Origin: Glaucostegus cemiculus
Lineage: Eukaryota
NCBI GenBank assembly: GCA_976551045.1
Contig: CDPCPM010000141.1
Span: 1,860,001-1,924,000, forward strand
Direction: 5' to 3'
DNA length: 64,000 nt
The notes beneath the pieces were generated by a model. The model was given only the letters and a program-made list of their open reading frames with translations. It was not told where the DNA came from and made no database searches. Of the stretch, positions 26,502-40,824 are shown piece after piece; within the stretch, counting starts at the first letter, position 1, and the number at the start of each line of letters is the position of its first letter. Both the position numbers and the translations under genes were made by a program.

Positions 26502-29213
26502 CACAATAGACAATAGGAGCAGAAGTAGACCATTTGGCCCTTCGAGTCTGCTCCGCCATTTTGAGATCATGGCTGATCCTCAACGCTCAATATCCCGTTC
26601 CTGCCTTGTCCCCATATCCCTTGATTCCCCTATCTATAAGAAACTTATCTAGCTCCTTCTTGAAAGTGCCCAGAGAATTGGCCTCCACTGCACTCTGAGG
26701 CAGTGCGTTCCACAAACTCACAACCCTCTGGGAGAAGAAGTTTTTCCTCACCTCTGTCCTAAATGGCCTACCCCTTATTCTTAAATCATGCCCTCTGGTC
26801 CTGGACTTCCCCAACATCTGGAACATATTTCCTGTCTCTATCTTGTCCAATCCCTTAACGATCTTGTATGTTTCAATCTGATCCCCTCTCAATCTTCTCA
26901 ATTCCAGCGTGTACAATCCCAGTCTATCCAACCTCTCTGCACAAGACAGTCCCGACATCCCCGAAATTAACCTCGTAAACCTACGCTGCACGCCCTCTAT
27001 AGCTAGGACATCCTTCCTTAACCCCGGAGAACAAAACTGTACACAATACTCCAGGAGCGGTCTCACCAGGGCCCTGTACAAATGCAAAAGAATCTCTTTG
27101 CTCTTGTACTCAATTCCCCTCGTAATACAGGCCAACATTCCATTAGCCTTCATCACCGCTTGCTGTACTTGCTCATTCACTTTCAGCGACTGATGAACAA
27201 GGACTCCTAGATCCCTTTGTACCTCCCCTTTACCTAACTCCACACCATTCAGATAATAATCTGCCTTCCTGTTCCTGCTCCCAAAGTGGATAACCTCACA
27301 CTTATCCACATTAAACTTAATCTGCCAAGTATCTGCCCACTCCCCCAACCTATCCAAGTCACCTTGAATCCTCCTAACTTCGTCTACATATGTCACACTG
27401 CCACCCAACTTTGTATCATCAGCAAATTTGCTATTGTTATTCTCAATGCCTTCATCTAAATCATTAACAGATTGTAAACAGCTGCGGTCCCAGCACCGAG
27501 CCCTCGGCACCCCACTAGTCATGGCCTGCCATTCCGAGAAACATCCATTCACCCCTACCCTTTGTTTCCTATCTGCCAACCAGTTTTCTATCCAAGTTAA
27601 TACCCTCCCCCCAATTCCACGAGCCCTCATTTTACCCACCAATTTCCTGTGCAGCACCTTATCAAATGCCTTCTGAAAGTCGAGGTACACAACATCCACC
27701 GAATCTCCCTCGTCTATTTTCCTGGTTACATCCTCAAAAAAAACTCCAGTAGATTAGTCAAGCACGATTTGCCCTTGGTAAATCCATGTTGACTCGACCC
27801 AATCCTATCATTGCTGTCCAAATATGCCGCTATTTCATCCTTAATAATGGACTCTAGCATCTTCCCCACTGCAGACGTCAGGCTAACTGGATGATAGTTC
27901 TCTGTTTTCTCCCTCCCTCCTCTCTTAAAAAGAGGGATAACATTGGCCATTCTCCAATCCTCAGGAACTGACCCAGAATCTATGGAACATCGGAAAATGA
28001 TCACCAATGCATCCACAATTTCTAGAGCCACCCCCTTCAGCATCCTGGGATGCAGACCATCTGGACCTGGGGATTCGTCAGCCTTCAGCCCCATTAGTCT
28101 ACCCATCACCATTTCTTTCCTAATGTCAATCCACTTCATTTCCTCCATCACCCTCTGCCTTTTGTCCATCCATACCTCTGGGAGATTTCTTACGTCTTCC
28201 CCAGTGAATACAGATCCAAAGTACTTATTAATTCAACTGCTATTTCCCTGTTTCCTGTAATAATTTCACCCGATTCAGTCTTCAAGGGCCCAACATTGTT
28301 CCTAACTAGCTTCTTTCCTTTCACATACCTAAAAAAGCTTTTGCTAGCCTCTTTGATATTCCTAGCTAGCTTGCCTTCGTACCTCATTTTTTCTTCCCAT
28401 ATTACCTTTTTAGTTAAACTCTGCTGCACCTTAAAAATTTCCCAATCTTCTGTCTTCCCACTCAGCTTAGCTCTGCCATACTTCTTCCTTTTTAACACTA
28501 TGCTATCCCTGACTTCCTTTGTCAGCCACGGTGGCCCCTTTCCCCTCTTTGAGTCTTTCCTTCTCTGGGGAATGAACTGATCCTGCACCTTGCGCATTAT
28601 TCCCAAAAATACCTGCCATTGCTGTTCCACCGTCAATTCTGCTAGGATGCCCATCAAGTCAACTTTAGCCAGCTCCTCCCTCATGGCTTCATAGTCTCCT
28701 TTGTTCAACTGCAATACTGTCCCTTCTGATTTGCCCTTTTCCCTCTCCACTTGCAGATAAAAACTTATCATATTATGGTCACTACCTCCCAATGGCTCCT
28801 TTACTTCGAGATCCCTTATCAAATCCTGCTCATTACACAGCACTAAATCCAGAATAGCCTTCTCCCTGGTCGGTCCTCGTACCAGCTGCTCCAAGAATGC
28901 ATCCCGGAGGCACTCTATAAACTCCCTTTCCTGGGGTCCAGCACCAGCCTGATTCTCCCAGTCCACTTGCATATTGAAATCCCCCATAACTACTGTGACA
29001 TTACCCTTGCCACATGCCAACGTTAACTCACTATTCAGCTTGCACCCAATATCCATGCCACCGTTCGGAGGCCTGTAGATAACACCCATTAGGGTCTTTT
29101 TGCCCTTACAGTTCCTCAGTTCTATCCACACTGACTCCACTTCTCCTGATTCAATGTCCCCCCTTGCAAGGGACTGAATCTCATTCCTCACCAACAGGGC
29201 TACCACACCCCCA
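26502..29213 (-). mobile_element. 5'-truncated CR1-clade LINE (ORF2: partial APE endonuclease + reverse transcriptase), frameshifted
   Basis: Three collinear ORFs: 28190..29227 (GDFN, SDHN endonuclease motifs), 27726..28169 (SPGPDGLHP, QHGF) and 26587..27699 (DFQKAFD, FADD, RPLLEYCVQF). The 3' end carries the gaagggccaaatgg hairpin region and short ctattgt tail repeats. Confidence 0.95.
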
Positions 29214-30339
29214 CGATATAAAATCATTAGTACTAACTAATTGTCAAGAAAGTATGTCATAGAAACATAAAACCTACAGCACAATTCAGGCCCTTTGGCC
29301 TGCAGAGTTGTGACGAACATGTCCCTACCTTAAAAATTACTAGCCCTCTTAACCATAGCTTCTATTTTTCTAAGCTCCATGTACCTGTCCAAAAGTCTCT
29401 TAAAAGACCCTATCGTATGTCTAATTGGTTTCTCTGTTTATTCTGTTACTTTCATGTTTGCTGGAATTAGCTGATAGTTAGAAATAATTACATAGTTTGT
29501 AAAAGCTATTAATGCCTAAAAAGAAAGAACTCAGGAACACTTTTACACACCTTTTATGGAACTGTTTGTTAGTATCAGGTGCTTGCCTTGTCTTGGAAAG
29601 GCCAAGCCATGAGCATCTCTCATAAAAAGAAATATTGTATTTGATCTGAGATGGGGGGTCAGCCATTGTATTTCCATTAAAGTGGTTTTCAATCTTTGTT
29701 TGACACTGTGAAGAAGTAACTGTGGCATATTTTTAAACATTTGTTCAGGTAGTGTCCAAGAAATTGAAAATTAAATTGACACAAGATTTTATATTCTCAT
29801 AAATACTGCTGCATAAGAAACCCTTGTGGTGCATTAAAGCAGCTGACTGTGGGATTATACATAGACTGTGGGTGGCATTTGCATTCAAGCAATATTTCAT
29901 ACTTCGTCGGTCACTAGCTGACTTCAAAGGGCTTAATACATAAAGCTTCATAACGTGGCAATTTCCCACAGTAGTACATTGAATCTTGGTGGTAGGATTA
30001 GGTTCAACTTTTTACTTCTTTCCCAGAGAAAAATGTGTTGTAAGCAAGTAATGGAATTTATTGTCTTACAGAGTTCTTGCCTTTTTGTTAAAAGTCATGG
30101 GGTCAGTCCTCATTAGAACTGGAACATATTGATAATGAGAGCGGAGTTGCCAGAGCTACCGGGGCAGATATTTATCCTTGGGCATTTGTGTTAAATGCAT
30201 AGCACAGAGTGGCTGGATATTGTACTCTTTGAAATTCGGGGTCTGATGACTTCAGTGGATTTGAATTTTGAAAAGAAGTGTAACGTGCAGTTGCTACTAC
30301 ATTGCACATTCATGGCAGGCAGCCAAAGGTGCATTTCTA

Positions 30340-30655
30340 TCCCATTGTCCTTTGAATGGGACTGAAAGTCATGTCCTGTCTGATCAGCTGGATGCAAAAG
30401 ATTCTACGGCTGTTTCTGAAGTGGTGCAGCAACCCAAGTATTCTAACCACCTATTTATCCATCATAAAATGTCACCAAAATAGGTTGACTGGCCATTTAT
30501 CTTGGCTGCTGATTGTGAGAACTTGCTGATAGTAATTTGTCCAAGAGATTTTCTATGGGAATTATGCTTCAAATGGAACTAATTAGCAGTTTAGTTCAGA
30601 TGGTTATCCTAACAATGTAAAAGACAGTATCTAAATAAAAATGCTTTACTTTGAA
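30340..30655 (+). mobile_element. Second, more degraded Deu-domain SINE remnant
   Basis: cagctggatgcaaaagattc..tatttatcc..ctggccatttatc..tgtgagaacttgctg collinear with the copy above. Confidence 0.5.
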
Positions 30656-30785
30656 GTCTGTGCTTGCTTCAAGAATGGAATTAGGGCAGCATTATACTTT
30701 CCTGTCATGTTTTCAACACTGTTGTAAACAGAATCATTGGAATCTGTAAGCATATAAGAAAATATATTATTTTAGTTGTACTTAA

Positions 30786-30929
<144 letters not shown>

Positions 30930-31417
30930 TAAAATGGTAATATTTTGGGTAACTGTCAGTGAACTTAAGGGCAGAGAGAAAATGGTGTTGAGGCCAAGCT
31001 TGGATCAACCATGACCTTATAGAATGATGAAGCAAGCTTGAGAGTCTGATTGGCCTACTCCTCCAGTTTCTTATGTTGAGCTAGTCCATTTCACAATACA
31101 AATGGAAGGATTCTGTAGTTGCATCGAAGAGCTGACATATTTATTTGCAGGGACCAGGTAGAGTTTGCTTGAGAATTACAATCATTAAAAGCTGCAGAGT
31201 AGCCTCTGCCTCTCTAACCAGAAATGCTCAAGCTGATTCTGTTTATGTCTACCATGTGATACAGATGCTTCGATGTTGCAAATATTAGAACAGCATTATC
31301 TGCAACCAGCAGCAATCCAAAATTAGAGTCAGTAGGGCTAGAGATTTAAAATAAAATCCCTGTAAAAGCAATCGGCTGTAAGTGATATCAGCTTAGAAAA
31401 TTATGTTGGGGAAGGCG

Positions 31418-31906
<489 letters not shown>

Positions 31907-32684
31907 TAATTGCACATTAGCTCACACTCAAGTGTTTCTGCTCCTTTGTTGCTAGCTTGTACTTGCCTCATTACATCTCATATGCTGTTTGTTATCCTGT
32001 ACACACACTGCCGGCTAAAGGTAGATTTGGCTTCTTGTCAACTTTCAGCACTGTTTTCTGAAGACATTAAGTTAACTCAGAATAAGAATCAGTTTTATTG
32101 TCACTACTATATACACATTCAGTATGCATAGGAGCTAAATACTGTACTCCACAGGTCAAGGTGCTCGTCACATTAAAAAAAAGAAACAAACACTGAGAGA
32201 TACAAAGACAGACACTAAAAACATTAGAACCACAAAATTAAATAGCACAACTTAAATAATATTAAAGTGAGCGTACTGGCAGCGGACATTTAAAGTGTTA
32301 GTGCGTTTCTGTACGCCGAGCATCCTTTAGTGTTGGCTGGAGGGATGAGGGAGTTCACAGTTCTGATAGCTTGTGGGAAGAAGCTATTGCACAGTCAAGT
32401 TGTCCTTGCCCTGTTGCACTGGAGCCTTCTTCCAGATGGCAAGAGTGTGAAGAGATGGTAGGAGGGGTGAGAAGACTGAGAGGACTGCTGAAGTATAGTC
32501 ACGGACGCTGCGTGCCACCTTCAATCAAGTGGCCATTAATCACGTGGCTTTTCACTGTGAGTTGTGGTGGTAACTCAACCATAATTCAGTTTCTGTAGTG
32601 CCCAGACTTTTGCTGAATCCTCAGTAGATAATATAACTTCTCTCTGGTAAATATTTCTAATAATATTGAGATTCATAAATTGAG

Positions 32685-33030
32685 CAGTCACCTCTCGGGA
32701 GCTCATTTAGATCTGGGCCTTGGGTTCAAGCCCCACTCCTGAAAGGTGAGCACAAAAGTCTAGGCCAACACTTCAGTATTGAGGGAAGATATTTTCTTGC
32801 TTTTATATGGAAACAATGCCCTTCTGTTATATCAAGTAGCCATGAAAAATCTCATGTTCCCTTTTTGAAGAAGTGCTGATGCATGTTTGCCCCTCAACCA
32901 ACATCACAAATGGATCATGTGTTTCTGGGAGCTTGCTGTGTGCAAATTGGCTGTTATATTTCCTACATTATAGCAGCAACTAAATTGGCTGTGAAGAGCT
33001 TTGGGACATCTTGAAAGCACAGAAAGAGGC
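32685..33030 (+). mobile_element. Deu-domain SINE (SacSINE1/AmnSINE1-related), degraded
   Basis: gggttcaagccccactcc B-box, gagcacaaaagtctagg, ccctcaaccaacatcac, gggagcttgctgtgtgcaaattggctg, attggctgtgaagagctttgggacatc. Confidence 0.7.
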
Positions 33031-34114
33031 GTTAGGTCAGGTGCACAAAAGATTGGTCAAATATGCAGGTTTTGTGGAAACCATCTCTTTGAAAATCTTG
33101 TTGCACCTGTACATTTGTACTTCTGAAAGCAGAAATGTTTGAAGACTATTTCTGGCAACCTTGGACAACATCTGTACTCAGTGAAAATTTGAATAGATTG
33201 AGGAAAATGCAAAGAAGTTAAGTTCTGTGGAAGTCTTCAGTAGACAGACTGAAATTGTTTGAGGTTCATTAATTTCTTGTTAGCAATTAAATGCACGGGG
33301 GTTGTGTCTGGTACCCTGAGTTGCACTTATTTGCCTGTTAGTTATAAAAGCGTTTCTATTGTTTTAACAGACTACAAGGCTCGTTAGTCTAGCATGGTTC
33401 AGAGGGAAGTTCATGTGGTTTTAAATGGCTCATTTCTGCAATGCTAGTTTAATTTAAAATTTTACATCTGATAAAATAAGGTTGATTTCCTTAAATAGAT
33501 AAATTAGAACAAGCTTCAACTATCCACCTGAATATTTGTATATTAATAAGTATGCAACTTTTCCAGTTTGGAGCAAAGTAAAGCAGTCACATTGTGCTGC
33601 AGAAATGCACAATGTTTGCAGTCAGCTTCACAGAGGTAGAAATAAGTACATTGTTTTAATCATTCTGGGGTTAATGATATCTGACACATTTATTCACCAG
33701 ATGCCTTTTGTTCTGTTTTTTGTACAGTAACAGTATGGGGTGAGTTTAAGGATTGAAGAATTTCAAGTTATTTTCCTTCTAAGAGAATTTTTGCAGTCAA
33801 ACGAAGAATATTTAACATTCTTGTTATGATTTGCCCGTGCCTTTTTAGTTAAATTATTTTAGTTCCAGGAGACTTGCTCAAAGACCATTAGAAGTTTTGC
33901 ATCCTGTCTTGTTTGTTTAATGTAATTCTTGAACCAGCTTATTAATAAGTTTAAGTGGTAGGTTATTTTACCTTTAAGAGAAAAATCATAGTTTGTGTAA
34001 AGTAGAAAACCTACTTGTGATTTTTCCCATTTTCCAGAAATTGTTTTAAATACAAAAGGCTCTTGATACAGAGGAACTAAAGTTGACTTTGTGAGCCGGT
34101 CTTGTCTAACTGAA

Positions 34115-34436
34115 GATGCATGAGGGATATAGGGTGAACGCACAGTCTTTTCCCAGGGAAAGGGACTCAAATTTAGACGGCGTAGGTTTAAGATGAAAGG
34201 GGGGTGATTTAAAAGGGACGTGAGGTGCAACTTCTTCACTCGGGGTGGTGCGTGTATGGAACAAGTTGTCATCGGGAGCTGTAGTGGGTACAATTACAAT
34301 GTTTAAACAACATTTGAACAGGTACATGAATAGGAAAGGATACGGGCTAAACATGGGCAAATGGGACCAGCTTAGATGAACATCTTAGTTGGTATGGATG
34401 AGTTGGGCCAAAGGGCCTGTTTCCAAGCTGTATTGA
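34115..34436 (+). mobile_element. CR1 3' fragment
   Basis: cttcttcactcggggtggtg and ttgggccaaagggcctgttt tail. Confidence 0.75.
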
Positions 34437-36599
34437 TGAATGAAGAAAAATTACAGTCAATTTTATACCCAAGTAAGACTTTGATTTTTCTTCTCATCTT
34501 CCCTGCCCTTGATCGATCCCCACCAATCTCTATTCTGAAGTAAGCTACTGTCCACCTTGGGTCAGTGACACAGAAACATTGCATTTGCGGTGCCAATTAC
34601 ACAGCGGTCTGTCAAAGTAAAGCCTTCTGTAATTCGTTGATTACAGATTGGCTTTGCCTCGAGGGAGGCCATTCTCACGGCAGTGTGTTGCACATCATTG
34701 CCCTCCTACGTAAGGCACTATGTCCAACCATAGAATAGGGACTTGCATGATGGGCTTGGTGGTGTCATCCCTGCACCTGCACCTGAGCCATGCTGTGGAT
34801 AAACTGGAGCTTTGACAAGTGTTTCCTCAAAACATAAATTCTTATCAACTATTTCTAGTCACAAGTACCGCATTAGAAAAGTGATTTTGTTTTTATTTTC
34901 TTTTGATCTGTGGTTCTGAATTTAAGTTTTAGAAGTAATTAGTGCATACTTAATTTAGATCACTGACTAAGGTTTGCTGTATCTGGCAGTGTGTGGGAAC
35001 TGACTTAACAAGTGGAGTTGATTTGACAGAAATTCACTGAGTTAATGATTACATTTACTAATAACAATATAGCTCCCCGAGCTACGTGATACTTTGATAT
35101 TTCTGTATCCATTCTCTTTTCCTGGCATTGCCACTGTTCAAGGCCCTCAACGCGCCCACTTCGAAAAGAGGTGAAAATGAGCTCAATGTTTTGTGAGGTT
35201 ATATCTTCTGGGAACCTCTGTGTAATCTCAGACCAAGATTACCATTGCAACTAATAAAAATTAGTATTTATTTAACTGCAATTAATATGAGGTTAAGAGA
35301 ATATACTTTTGTGACTCCCTCTCCTCCCCTATCACAAACAGAGGTTGCAGCAGAGGTGATCAACCAATCAAAGTAAAAATCAGCACATAGCATGGATTCA
35401 GGAATTTTGTCCTAGTCCCAGGCTTTCTTTCAGCAATAAAATTCCAGCTGTTCTAAGGCATTAGCTGCAGCGTAGATGACTCTGTGTAATAGAACACTGA
35501 TCTTATTCTACTTGGACCTTCTAAGTGAAACCTACCACAGTTGGAACTTGTGGTTGCCAGCTTCAGATCTTTCTGGTGCTGAAAATTACGGCTACTTTAG
35601 AATCTCCCTTGGAGGACGTTTGCTTAATTCGCTGAGTGTTGCCGCAGAGATAATTTTTTTTAAATAGTCAGCCCTTCCAATAGTTTTACACCAGGTGTAC
35701 AAGACCTACAGGGGCCAGTCTGCAGCACCTGCTAAGGTCAATGCAAAAGCATCTATGTGCATTCTGAAATTGCACAGGTTCATTTCCCACCCATCCTTGA
35801 ATAGCCAACAGCATTCTTTCGTTGTCAAATTCCTGTGAGTGTATGAGGAACGTACCCAGGTGCCCTTATGAAATTAGCAGTCAGAAAAATGTGGTATTCC
35901 AAGTATTCCCAGTCACATTGTTAATAAGAGTTTGAAGTGTCCTGCACGTTAGATGAAAGTTAATGGCTCATTTATTTTTACAGCTGCACAGAACATTTAT
36001 AATTGCATGCAATGCAATGGTAAAAGCTCACACTGATTATTATTTACACCTACAATACATTCACGTTTAACAATTTCAGTAAATAACTGTGTCATAGTGA
36101 ACCTGGATTCTAATAGTGCTCAGTGTGGAAATGAGAGTCTTGTAAATCTCTTATGAGGCCCAAGGGGACCAGTGCAATGAGCAACATTCATTGATTGAGA
36201 TGAATGAGACTTAGCATTCCTTTAGCAGGCAGTGAGCTATCCCATTTTTGGGGAGAATAGGATTAATTAACCTGTGGCCTCAGTGCCAGCAGCAAACTGC
36301 GGCACTGGGCAGCAGCACTAGTATTCTTCCTGGGATCCAGACCATGTTGCCATTTGCTGGGGGAGGAAGAATGGTGGAAAATAAAGAACTTCGTGCCTTC
36401 AGTTCATTGCTTCAAGTTGTTAAATTCCTGGACTTAGTCCTGAAAGGGAAGGCTTCATTGTAAATGAATGTTGGGCTTATTGAAAAATAGGAGTATTATG
36501 TTTATGCAGTTACTTTAAAGTCATTGCATCTTTTGTACCCCTGGTGCTTGTGTATGAGTAGTTTCTGTAATACTGTTTTGAATTATTTAAATTAACCCC

Positions 36600-37100
36600 A
36601 CAACTGCTCTGCCCAAGACTGCAAGGAATTGCAGAGAGTTGTGAACACAGCCCATTCCATCATGCAAACCAATCTCCCCTCTGTTGGTTCTGTCTATACT
36701 TCCCACTGCCTCGGGAAAGCAGGCAACATAATCAAAGAACCCTCCTACCTCAGTCATTCTCTCTTCCCTCTTCTCCTGTTGGGCAGAAGATTTAAAAGCC
36801 TGAGAGCACAAACCATCAGACTCGGATGGCTTCTATCCCACTGTTTTCGGACTCTTGAATAGACCTCTCACACACTAAAAGAGGAACTCTTGATCTCCCA
36901 ATCTACCTCATTGTGGCCATTGCATTTTATTTGTCTACCTACACTGTACATTCTCCATAGCTGCCACACTATATTCTGCATTCTGTTCTCTTTTTACTAC
37001 CTTGATGTAATTATGTATGGCATGATCTGTCTGGATGGCATGCAGAACAAAAGCTTTTCATTGTATCTTGGTACTAGTGACAATAGTAAACTAATAACAA
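36600..37100 (+). mobile_element. Rex1/Babar-like 3' fragment, sense to the gene
   Basis: ORF 36629..36862 (QRVVNTAHSI..LP..Y..CL.KA.NII), Rex-type 3' UTR. Confidence 0.8.
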
Positions 37101-37577
37101 TTTTAAATGAATACCAGAAACTATTTATGTGGTTTAAGTAGAGACATTTTATTGCAAGTAAAAAATTAAGTGCGCCAAGATTCTAACACAAAATAGACTG
37201 TGTAATTTTCCATCTAACAAATGGTTATCAAATGAAACCGTGGGAAGATGTGGCTTTCAACTATATAGTTTCTACTAATGGAGCTCTAATTAAGGAGATG
37301 AAAACATCATTTGGTTTCATTAAAAGAAGATTTTTATCCAAATGTCTTCCTGTGGCATTTGTTAATGGAGATTATCACTTTGCTTCAATTGAACATTCTT
37401 TTAAATTTATCCCCTTGTTTTAAAATGGATTGCTCAGTTTTAGATTCGAAGTCAAAGCTTTTCATTGGTATTAATTAAAGAACCCAAGCTTGGGTTATTG
37501 ACCAGTGACTAGTAGAAGGACTGGGTGAGAGAGTTTTAAAACCTAACTCCTTCGGCCTCTCCCTCCTCCTCTGGTAC

Positions 37578-38283
37578 CATGAGACCATAAGATATAGGAG
37601 CAGAATTAGGCCATTTGGCCCATCAAGTGCTCTGCCATTCAATTATAGCTGATTTTTTTTTTCAGCCCTTTCCACCCCCCCCCAGTCAAGAACCTATAAA
37701 TTTCTGCCTTAAATACTCTCAATAACTTGGCCTCTGCAGCCCTCGGTGGCAATGAATTCTGCAGATTTACCACCTTCTGGCTGAAGAAGTTCCTCTTCAT
37801 CTCAATTCTAAAGAGACATCCCTTTATTCTGAGGCTGTGCCCTTGGATCCTCAGCACTCTTGCTAATGAAAACATCCTCTATGCTCTGTCCAGGTCTTCC
37901 AGTATTCAGTAGTTTTCAACAAGATTCCCCCCCCCCCCTCATCCTTCTGAACTCCAATGAGTACAGGCCCAGAGCCATCAAATGTTCTTCACATGTAAGG
38001 CCTTTCATTCTTGGGATCGTTCATGTGAACCTCCTCTGGACTCTCTCCAGGGCCAGCACATCTTCCTTTGTTATGGGGCCCAAGATTGCTTACAGTATTC
38101 CAAATTCAATCTGACCAATGCCTAATAAAGCCTCAGCAGTGCATCCTCTTGTATTCTGGTCCTCTTGAAGTGAATGCTGACATTGCACTTGCTTTCCTTA
38201 CTGCCGACTCAGCCTGCAAGTGAGCTGCCATGAATCCTGAACGAGGACTCCCAAGTCCCTTTGTACCTCCAATTTCTGAATCC
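37578..38283 (-). mobile_element. CR1 3' fragment
   Basis: ORF 37639..37875 (GHSLRIKG..KRNFFSQKVV) and a CR1-type tail. Confidence 0.85.
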
Positions 38284-39923
38284 TCTACTAGATAGGATTA
38301 TCTTTAGGAAACCATAAGATAGTTCCGGAAGGCATGTATCATCATTATCTATAAGGGCTAACTAAACCAAGTCAACTCCTGCCTCAGCTCTCAGGGTTTT
38401 GAGTTTGAGCTGTATTGATAACACTCCAAGATAATCCTCTTTCTAGAAGATGTAAGCCTGTATTTTGTGGTCACGACAACATCAAAATTATTAACATTTA
38501 ACATCATCTTGCTATGAAACTGATATGCTTTTGGGATTTTTCATGTGTTTGGGAAGTCTGAAAGTTGCTGTCAGTGATTCAGCACACCTCTACAGGCATG
38601 CAATCTTCTCTATCACACCGCCAAAAATCACTTGGAAGTGACTGCAGCTTTAAGTATTCACGAAGTTGTCCTCTTTCAAATAAAGGCTGAAAACCTTCAG
38701 CTTTCTCACACAAGGTCTACGTGAGTTTATCACGGTGTATTAAACCAAAATTGCCACACAACAAACTATCTGGCCACAAAAACATGTTATGTCTTCCTCA
38801 CCTAAATATTTTCAAATGAAAGTCATTTAAAAATTACTTTATTTAGTTTATTTAGTTTATTTGACATTTTAGCTTCTAATCATGTTTAGTGCTTGGTGCA
38901 ATGTTTAAAAAGTTGATAAAAAATCCCTTCTGGTTTATGAGAATACTTCAATGTGATTGACAGTTCATCCAACTGATGGTCTACGGGTACCAGAAATACC
39001 TTTGAACTGTAGCCTGATAACAACTGACAATAAAAGAGCACGTTCTTGCCACACGGATCACTAGATCTTTCTAAGGAATTTTCTTCAAGGCCAACAGCAA
39101 GTGCTACTGTTGACTGCCAGTTCTGGCCTACGTGAGCTCAGATCCTGCTTGTTTGAGGTTCATGCTAAAAATGTAGGATGACATCAGTAGGATGACTGAG
39201 GAATTGGTATTTTGGTACTGAAAGAGCGATATTCTGGGATTAGTGCCACATTTTGTATATGTCTAGTTGGGGCAAACAAGTTCAAAATAATGAATAGAAG
39301 ATAAAAGGGGGATGATAGTATTTGGAACTGGGATGCCTGGGATGATAGAAAAAGAATTAATCAGCCTTTTCAAAGGGGAATTGGGTAGGCACAAGGTAAA
39401 ATGATTTGGAGGGCGGTGGTAAAAGGTGAATGACTGGATTGACCTATAGAGAGCTGGCATAGATTTGATGGGTCCAGTAGCAGCCTCCTCCTGTGTTGGG
39501 CTGACTCTACACTGATTCTGTGTTTCTAAGATAGAAAAGATTTTCAGTTGTAAAATATTGCAGATATATAAGAGAAATGCATGTTATTGACAAAATGTGG
39601 TTCATAAAGTTTCCCTGATTTGACAAATTTCAATGTTGCTAGTGTACATGCTTTGTGTTTCTAAAATGTCAGTGGCTAAGGGCAAATAGAAACAAGATTG
39701 TAAGATTGCTAAAGTGCTCTCACCCATTAAATGCCATCAGCTGAACCTTTCACGTCTATCCACTGAATGTCAGGGACGTGGTTCACTAATGTTCACTTCC
39801 CCCTTGCAGATTTTTCTTTAAATTGTTCTTGGCAAATGGTAAACTGATAATTATGGCAAATCTGTTTTGAAGCTTACTACTTTTGCTCTTGAACTCTGTA
39901 CCCATCTTTTAATCGCTTTCTAA

Positions 39924-40112
<189 letters not shown>

Positions 40113-40824
40113 TGAGGGTGATCAGCATTGGTATTCCGGTTATCTTCCTCCATTCCATCCACCAACAACCCTGGTTAGGGTCGTTGCTCCTAAACTCTTT
40201 CTTTCCTTTCAACAATGTTTCATCTTTCATCATCTCCTCAATCAGAGGAAATGGTTGTTCCTTATTCAATCTAAATTGTGCTTGGCAAATTGTAATTTGA
40301 TGATTATGGCAATTTGTAAATTTAGACCACACATTGGAAACGGTCCCAGAAGTTGAAATCTCTTGTTACAGCCAAAAATGTCCATCAATCCTGTTTTTAA
40401 AGGCCTTTATATAATGTGTCACACAATACTGTACATTGTATACTTGACAGAGGCTTAGCCAGTGTTTTACACACAACTGTCATTATCTTTGTACCCTGAG
40501 GTATCTTTTACTAAATCTGAAATGGCTGTTGTCTTTTGTTAAGGCTTTTTTTTGTACTGCAAAAGATAAAAGTGAAGGTATTTTGTGCTGTGGAGTTACT
40601 ACTGTTCAGCTTCCATCAGTATTTCCTAGCAAGAATTCAAGCCACGAATTGGGACTGAATCTGGATCCAGTTTCCAGAGTTTAAAGTATATTGTACATAA
40701 TTCCCCAACTTAACTAGTAGTAAAAGTGAATGAGTGGGGAAGCTTTCCAATTCAAGATGGCATTTCTTACATCACCACCTTGCACTACAAATATGCCTCA
40801 TATTCTGCCTTGGTAGTCTCCAAC

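Noticed and set aside
26587-29227. Long minus-strand ORFs as a host gene or active retroelement
   Set aside because: They are pieces of one CR1 ORF2: 5'-truncated, frameshifted, with the QGSVLGP motif out of frame.
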